From Eledone cirrhosa (taxonomy: Eukaryota): a stretch of DNA of 64,000 bases. The notes under the pieces were generated by a model. The model was not told where the DNA came from and did no database searches. It worked only from the letters and a program-made list of their open reading frames with translations. Positions 56,129 through 64,000 of this stretch are shown here, piece after piece. Position 1 is the first letter of the stretch. Every line of letters begins with the position of its first letter. The DNA lies in the NCBI GenBank assembly GCA_964016885.1, contig OZ024743.1:259222001-259286000 (forward strand). Direction: 5' to 3'. The position numbers and the translations under genes are program-made.

Positions 56129-56297
56129 TATATATATATATATAGGAAAATGTATGACCCCGACGGCAGAGCTCAAGCCGTTTCGACGGCTATTTCTGGA
56201 CGGGGTCATACATTTTCCTATTAGCCACTCTACTACCCTAAGTATTGAGTACTCTGGTACGTTATGGTCCATCTGGTTCCTTACCACAACTCCCTCG

Positions 56298-56300
<3 letters not shown>
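55993..56300. repeat. Direct repeat of ~85 bp (56009-56093 / 56217-56300) with a GC-rich hairpin between them (56153-56211)
   Basis: ccta tta.ccactctactacc..aagtattgagtact.tggt.cgttatggtcca.ctggttccttaccaca occurs twice. tatgacccc...ggggtcata closes the hairpin. Confidence 0.75.
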
Positions 56301-56345
<45 letters not shown>

Positions 56346-56410
56346 AAAAAAGAAGAAATCGAAAATGCAACTGGAGTTTTTTTTATAAAAAATATATATT
56401 TATTTGGTTC

Positions 56411-56446
56411 CTTTACCGGTTTCGCAGTTCTTCTGCTTTTCAAAAG
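56411..56446 (-). ncRNA. Hammerhead-like motif, U3-A8 core variant
   Basis: CTT-TTGAAAA-GCAG-AAGAA-CTGC-GAAA-CCGG-TA-AAG. Confidence 0.6.
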
Positions 56447-58152
56447 TAGAATTGCGATGGAGGGTTTGTGGTTTTTCTTACATCTGGTTGGTGCTCGAAT
56501 GTTACTTCTGTTTTATATGAAAAAAGTGGCTCGAAATGCTAGGTTTTTAGAGAAGTAATTTGGTTGGTTGGTGAATAAGTATAGTAAATTTCGCGCCAGT
56601 TCGCGTTACAAAGTTTTTAATATATTTGCCTTCAAAAAAAGGCAGGTCTCAGTTTGTTTTTTCCTATATGAGTGAAGTTTGGTTGGTTGATGTAGTCACG
56701 TGAATAAGCACATCAGCTTTCGCGCCAGTTTGTGTTTGAATTTCTTTTTATTTAAAACAGGTGGCTCACGGAAGCTTTTTTTTTTTATAAATGTAATTTG
56801 ATTGGTTATAAATGAAATTATGACTATCACGTGAACAAGTACATTAAATTTCGCGCCCGTATTTGGGAATTTATTTTGTAGCCTTTTAGAGAATTTTATG
56901 CCAAACAAAAGATAATGGTCAAGAAAAACGGGATACGGAGAATTGTTCTGGTTCAGTGAATATGGCTGGTGTGCTGGGGTGTCAGAATTCAGACTTTTTA
57001 TTGAAATAAAGAATGTAGAGATATGTATGTTTATTTTTTTGCTGGTGTGTGTGTGTGTGTGTAGGAAGATGATTCTATTAATAGAAATGGGGCGGGGGGG
57101 GGGGGGGGGTGTATGGGTGTTATGTGTGTATGTGTGTGTGTGAGAGTATGGTAAGCATGTTAAGATGAAGAGAATATATATATTTTGTGTGTGTGTGTGT
57201 GTGTGTGTGTGCGTAGGAAAATGATTCCGTCAGTAGAAATGGTGGAGGGAGTTATGTGTGTGTGTTGCGGTTGTGGTTATCATGTTAAGGTGTTAGAGTA
57301 TTAACGTATGTTAAGGTTTATTTAGTTCTGATTTTTATTTTCGAAGTAGAAGGTGGTATGTGTGTGTGCGTATGTATGTGTCTGTTTGGATGGTTAGCAT
57401 GTTATGGTGTTGACATAATGTATATTAAACTATATTTAACGCTGGTCTATATTCAGAAATATAGACCAGCATTAAACATAGTTTAATATACAGTATGTCA
57501 ACACCATAACATGCTAACCATCCAACAGACACACACACACACACACACACATAACACCTATTTTGAAAATAAAAACCATAACTAAATAAACCCTAACATA
57601 CGTTAATAATCTAACACCTTAACATGATAACCCCCCCCATACACACACACCCACACAACTCCCTCCCCCATTTCTACTAACTGAATCATTTTCCTACACA
57701 CACACACAAAATATATATATTCTCTCCATCTTAACATGCTAACCATACTCCCCCACACACACATAACACCCATACACACACACACACACAACTCCCTCCC
57801 CCATTTCTATTAATAGAATCATCTTCCTACACACACATACCCACACACACACAAGAACACAAATAAACATACTTTCTTTATTTCAATAGAAAGTCTGAAT
57901 TCTGACACCCCAGCGCACCAGCCATATTCACTGAACCAGAACAATTCTCCGCATCCCGTTTTTCTTGACCATTATCTTTTGTTTGGCACAAAATTCTCTA
58001 AAAGGCTACAAAATAAATTCCCAAATACGGGCGCGAAATTTAATGTACTTGTTCACGTGACCGTCATAATTTAATTTATAACCAATCAAAATACATTTCA
58101 GCACATCAGTCATACTCAGAACATCTCTCTCCATCCTTTTTTCTTGACCATT

Positions 58153-58331
58153 GGATTGGCAGTATCGGTAGAGGGTCGGACGCCATGCTTTGACGCATAG
58201 TGTTACGGCCCTTGCCATTCTGAGTTCAAATCCCGCTGAGGTTAACTTTGCCTTTCATCCTTACGGGGTCGATAAAATAAAGTACCAGTAATGCACTTGG
58301 TAATTGCTGGCCTTGTACCAAAAATAGAAAC
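58153..58331 (+). mobile_element. SINE family A inserted in the right arm of the palindrome
   Basis: Full match, nearly identical to 37089-37270 and absent from the left arm. Confidence 0.88.
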
Positions 58332-58795
58332 ATTTATCTTTTTTTTGGCACAAAATTCTCTAAATGGCTACAAAAAAATTCCAAAATACGGGGGCGAAAT
58401 TTAATGTACTTGTTCACTTACGTCATAATTTCATTTATAACCAATCGAATTACATTTATAAAAAAAAGCTTTCGTGAACCACCTGTTTTAAGTAAAAAGA
58501 AATTCAAACACAAACTGGCGCGAAAGCTGATGTGCTTATTCACGTGACTGCATCAACCAACCAAACTTCACTCATATATGAAAAAACAACCTGAGCCCCC
58601 CCCCCCTTTTTAAAGGAAAATATAATAAGAACTTTGTAACGCGAACTGGCGCGAAATTTATTATACTTATTCACCAACCAAATTACTTCTCTAAAAACCT
58701 AGCATTTCGAGCCACTTTTTCCCATATACAACAGAAGTAACATTCAAACAGCAACCAGATGTAAGAAAAACCACAAACCCTCCATCACAATTCTA

Positions 58796-58831
58796 CTTTT
58801 GAAAAGCAGAAGAACTGCGAAACCAGTAAAA
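58796..58831 (+). ncRNA. Hammerhead-like motif, U3-A8 core variant (partner copy)
   Basis: ctt ttgaaaa gcag aagaa ctgc gaaa ccag ta aaa, with the stem III palindrome and stem I slightly mutated. Confidence 0.5.
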
Positions 58832-58957
58832 GAACCAAATAAATATATATTTTTTATAAAAAGACTCAAGTTACATTTTCGATTTCATCTTTTTTCCTTA
58901 TACTTTCATTCGTGTAGGACACCTCGCTTTTTTTTTCATTTTGTAAAAAAATCTCAC

Positions 58958-59049
<92 letters not shown>

Positions 59050-59052
<3 letters not shown>

Positions 59053-59367
59053 AATTTAGATTCGGCATAGCTGGATATATACAAATATGTGAATTTCATA
59101 CGGTTTGTGTAATAAATACACATTTTGAAAGCCCAACTATGAATATTGAAAGGCTGACGGCCAGCACCGTCAGTAGATTCCAGCAGAAACAGCAAGGTAT
59201 AACTGTCTACTTGCATTTCGAGCTTCTGACCCTCATTAAGACAGCGCTGCCCCTGCCTTCTGCTGGACCTTGAAACAGGCGAAAATATATAGTTATTTTA
59301 GCCTGTGTGGGTGTGCTGTTTAGCCTCATTTGCATTTGAAACTGTATAAATTGGCTCACAGCACGCA

Positions 59368-59370
<3 letters not shown>
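59050..59370 (-). mobile_element. ~320-bp element related to the 9.2-kb family, between (TA)n tracts, with decayed hammerhead (59203-59244)
   Basis: Shares ccagcagaa..gcaagg, caggcga.aatatatagtt and ctcatttgcat with 9279-9435. Minus strand CTGTC-TTAATGA-GGGT-CAGAA-GCTC-GAAA-TGCAAG-TA-GACAG. Confidence 0.7.
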
Positions 59371-59404
<34 letters not shown>

Positions 59405-59565
59405 CGGCGATGAATTAGTTTTGCGAGGTTTTTTATATGAAATCGTGTGTCGAAACAGATATTGTTATATTTGGGGAGGGTCATATTTGCGTAATATTGC
59501 CAGAATTAATAACAGAACACACTCACTGTTTGGTTGGTTTTCGCTTCTCGCGATATATATATATA

Positions 59566-60041
59566 AAAAATTAGAATTGGACCTCTGAAATAGCAATATA
59601 TATATGGATGTATATATAATGTATTTTGCAATACACTTTATGCTTAATTAAAAGCATTTTGAAGACCGTAAGATATTGTTTTTTAGAGTAGTGACAAATT
59701 CACTTACTTTGATCTCAGCAAACAGAGGAGATAAGCCGACAAGGCCTTGTTTCGCTTTTGTTGAAGCTTATCAAGGCTAACTACTCCCACCTGTCTACCG
59801 AGATCACTGATGTTATATTCTTATAGAATTCTAGTAAATAATCAGGAGCTGATTATACAGAGCTGTTGTTGGTCAAGCAGAAATTAAAAATTAGAACTGG
59901 AGCTCTGAAATAGCAATATATATATGGATGTATATATAATGTATTTTGGAATACACTTTATGCTTAATTAAAAGCATTTTGAAGACCGTAAGCTATTGTT
60001 TACGGTCTTCAAAATGCTTTTAATTAAGCATAAAGTGTATT
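59566..60041 (-). mobile_element. Hammerhead element, ~320-bp unit x1.4 plus a 41-bp inverted arm
   Basis: 59566-59680 recurs at 59886-60000, and 60001-60041 is an inverted copy of part of it. The left end joins (TA)n. Confidence 0.8.
59734..59778 (-). ncRNA. Type I hammerhead, U3-A8 core variant
   Basis: AGCC-TTGATAA-GCTT-CAACAA-AAGC-GAAA-CAAGGCCTTG-TC-GGCT: all three stems pair, palindromic stem III, GUC triplet. Confidence 0.75.
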
Positions 60042-60079
60042 AAAATCCACGAATACCTGTGAACATAACTTAAAACGGT

Positions 60080-60790
60080 GAAGAGAGAAACTAACAGATT
60101 TAGACTTTGTTCATGACGTAGGTTGCCTTGACAACAACTGCACAGAAATGCAAGTTATGACAAATCTCCTGGTTGAAACAGCTAACCACGTTGGATTGAG
60201 AATAAATATATTTAAAAAATTCAAAACGTTGCATGCAATGAAGTATAGGAAGTCTCAGTCACTGGAGTAGAGCTAGAAAAGATTCAATGCTTCACATATT
60301 TCAGTAGATGGGATTACTGAAGCTGACATAAAACAAAGGATAGCCAAAGGTACCTGAGTATTCAAGGTACTCAAACCGATAGGGTATCAAAGAACTTTAC
60401 GCCCCAAACAGAATTGAGATTATTACGGTCAGTTATCATCTCAACAACAACCTGGAAGAGTAACACTGAAACTGAAATGACACCTTTAACTTTCCAACAA
60501 GTATGCCTCCCAAAACTCCTGGGCACGACAAAATCACAAACGAATATGTGCTTCGAAGAGACAATTCTACACCACAGAGTTTTGTCATAAAGAATGTATG
60601 TGGAGGGGTTTGTCCTACGAATGGGAAGGACTGCAACAATATGGTTACCAGCTGGTGGGAAAAGACCAAAGGATTAGACCAAAGAAGAGCTAGAAATCTA
60701 CCCTACAATATAACCTGCCCAGCTGTGGCACCCTTGCTAAGGAAAGAAAACGATGGAAGAGCATAGTGGCCAGTTGTCGTGGGGTTGGAG
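60080..60790 (+). pseudogene. Heavily decayed RTE-like LINE 3' region
   Basis: DFVHDVGCLDNNCTEMQVMTNLLVETANHVGLRIN resembles the FADDI...MQ....L...A..VGL.IN block. The downstream part is degenerate. Confidence 0.65.
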
Positions 60791-61007
60791 GAACCAGATG
60801 ACCAGTTATTAAGCAATCTCTCAGTTAATCTAATTCATCTATCTAGCTTTCTATCTATATTTATTAATTTCTTCTTCTGCTTGTCAGTATTTCGTAGCCT
60901 GTCTCCATTTTTTTCCTTGGTTCTTGCTTAAATATATTCTTTCATTCACGTGATGTCACTTAACATATCTACGATTGTTCAGTTTGACACATGGCAATAT
61001 ATAAACG

Positions 61008-61010
<3 letters not shown>

Positions 61011-61041
<31 letters not shown>

Positions 61042-61449
61042 TGTATGTATGTATGTATGTATGTATGTATGTATGTATGTATGTATGTATGTATGCATGT
61101 ATGTATGTATGTATGTATGTATGTATGTATGTATGCATATATGTATGCATGTATGTATGTATGTATGAATGTATGCATGTATGCATGTATGTATGTATGT
61201 AGGTATGCATGCATGCATGTATATATGTATGGAGGCATGTATGTATGTATGTATGTATGTATGTATGTATGTATGTATGTATGTATGTATATATGTATGT
61301 ATGAATGTATGTGTATGTATGTAGGTATGTATGCTTGTACGTTTGTATATATGTATGTATTCATGTATGAATGTAGATATATGTATTTTGTATGTATGTT
61401 TGTATGTATGTACGAACGTATGTAAGTAGGTATGCATGTATGTATGTAC

Positions 61450-61450
<1 letters not shown>
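61011..61450. repeat. (TATG)n tetranucleotide tract
   Basis: Direct reading. Confidence 0.95.
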
Positions 61451-61497
<47 letters not shown>

Positions 61498-61561
61498 TTA
61501 CGTATAAATGTGTATATATGTGTGTGTCTTATGTTTACACCCCTCTCTCTCTATGTATGTA

Positions 61562-61650
<89 letters not shown>

Positions 61651-61824
61651 ATATACACACATGTATATATTACGATTGTTTCTTCTTTAAATAGGCTATG
61701 TGTGTGATGCTAGGGTGAATTTCCATTCATTAAAGGTCGTGCCTTATGATACGAGCGACGTTATGACATTAATTGCAAATAGCCGTACATATATACCCAG
61801 AAAAAAGCATACACAGAAAAGTGC

Positions 61825-61941
<117 letters not shown>

Positions 61942-62085
61942 CATACAGCTATATATTTGTGTGAGTGTGAAGGTGGTGTAAAAATGTATGCGGTTTACGC
62001 AACGAATCGTAAACGTCTTTGCACAAGTGGACACAGACATACGTATAAAGCTGTGGCCATATATATGTGTCTCAATGTGTGTTTA

Positions 62086-62120
<35 letters not shown>

Positions 62121-63894
62121 CATTCCCATGAAGCGCACAGTTAAATCAGTTTTCTATTTCTATTTCAAATATTTAATCTTCTATTGTGTGAATAACGAGC
62201 GTACAGTCATTAGGCAATGAAATGCATGCAGTGAAGTGTAAGTATAATAGATTAAATAATAAATAGCCTTCATAATGGGCTCTTCTTTCCACTAGCTTAA
62301 TTAGCAATTTAATTACATTTATGCAAAGGAGATTAAATGTATTTGATTGTGTTTAGTTATTAAATCGAAATCACAGAAATTCAGGTAAAATGCTATCACT
62401 ACTTGGGTTTTAGGCACAAAATATTAAACGTTAGTGGGGATTTGAGGATAAACTCGTAAATAAAAACGTGATACTTGAGAAAAGTATTCTATGGTAACAG
62501 CAATAATCCATTGTTATAATCTAAGTAGATTTAAATAAAAGCAATGTATACATACATGTCTAGCGCTAACCATTAATCTAACTAGGTAACCACTTAGTGC
62601 GCAAATCCCAAAGAGGTACATTACTGAACCTTAGCGTATAACATTTTAATTAATTATATTAATTATATAATAATTTCCTGTAAGCCCAGTGAATCGTTAA
62701 GAATCTTTGGAGTGTATCAACGTTGTCGACATATCCGAAGCAGTGGAAATGGTCATAGAGTGTTATGATTTGTCCCATAGGTATAACGTGGGGGAGTGTT
62801 GACGATGTAGTGGGAAATGCCGATTTAATAATGTCAAGAACTTGATCGTTTGCTTACCCAACTGAAATTATTTTATTTCGGAGAGGGGGCACATACTTGC
62901 GAGAGGGGCACATATTGTGTAGCTAACCTAAGGTGATGAATACCCAAGCACCAGCTCCCGGTACACACGTTACAATCAGAGGTGTAACTGTATATAGCTA
63001 ATGCTTTGGTAAAGAAATTAATAATGACAAATTTATTTTATGACCTTATCAGAAGAAGCGGTAGTGCCAATGACATATTTCAGAGTCACTGAGATCAATT
63101 GGAGAAGAAGAGGTAAGCATATTGTTGTCAGATACCCGGGCTGAATGTTTGCAGGGATACAAATACCCTCACAAGCGTAGGTTCGCACATCAATACATAT
63201 CACCACAAACATGGAAAAGAAGTACAGTAAATTAATTACCCTTTTAAAGCAAGAGATATCCATCAAGTTACATTAAGCTCTAAAGGACGTGACTGGCAAA
63301 CGGTGTCCATTTTTGTCTCTCCCATTAAACACACTTTATATAATTCCATTATAGCGTTACAGCTGGCGAAACATTAGCACTGAGATGGTGTTATGCCTAT
63401 ATTCACGAGCATATATATACATAGACAAACAAACACATGCGTGCATATATATATACACACATACATAGACATACCTACATTCACTGATATACACATACAC
63501 ATATTCACACATACACGCATATATACACATATATAAAAACATATACACACGCACAGATAAATATATATTAATATATAAGCCCGTGTGCACAAATATATAC
63601 AAATAAAAATGTAGAAAGACGCAGAAAAATATTTTATCGGTATAAGTACGTAAATATTTGGAGAAGAGCAACAGGGAAAAGAAGGAGAGAGGGAGAGAGA
63701 GGGGAAGTGAAATGAGAGAGAGAGAGGGGTAAGAGAGGGAGAGAAAGAGAATATAATGGGTCCATTAACAAACATAGGACATGATCGAGTTAGCAAGTAC
63801 GGACAGTGTACTGAACAATTTCTTACATAACTTGCCGCTTGACACACGCATCCACACATACATAGTACTACATGTATGTAATAAGCAGATAGCG

Positions 63895-63933
<39 letters not shown>

Positions 63934-64000
63934 TATACACATATATATACACATACATATATATATATATATATACGTATATATATACATACATATATAT

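Larger units (their letters stand above)
56342..58962. mobile_element. 2.6-kb imperfect palindrome (pLTR-like arms head to head, centre ~57455) between (TA)n tracts
   Basis: 56342-57454 is the reverse complement of 57458-58900. The right arm has a ~180-bp duplication and a SINE. Each arm has a hammerhead-like motif near its outer end. Confidence 0.88.

Noticed and set aside
62782-62974. Solo LTR (tataacgtg...cacgttaca)
   Set aside because: The 5' end lacks TG, there is no matching target duplication and there is no second copy in the window.

Overview
AT-rich, microsatellite-dense eukaryotic DNA with no intact protein-coding host gene. The SINE families and repeat landscape suggest a cephalopod, probably Octopus, which is an inference. 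Most ORF-track entries are translations of (TA)n, (CA)n or (TATG)n. Recognisable elements are a near full-length Tx1/L1-clade LINE and two relatives, a decayed hAT (Buster/SPIN-like) transposon, a Penelope-like element (RT + GIY-YIG) with an inverted terminal repeat, RTE and RLE-type LINE fragments, a non-autonomous Helitron, MITEs and about 25 tRNA-derived SINE copies. The main finding is a hammerhead-ribozyme system. A 6-kb array of nearly identical ~500-bp units (2561-8568) carries one type I hammerhead per complete unit (11 copies) and switches orientation at 6752. About 14 more intact or decayed hammerhead motifs lie in unrelated or distantly related small elements. Most of these share a head-to-head layout ending in (TA)n, the same layout as the coding Penelope-like element. 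Three of the families also share an octamer + TATA module at fixed spacing just upstream of the ribozyme. All alignments and folds were done by eye, so boundaries are approximate.
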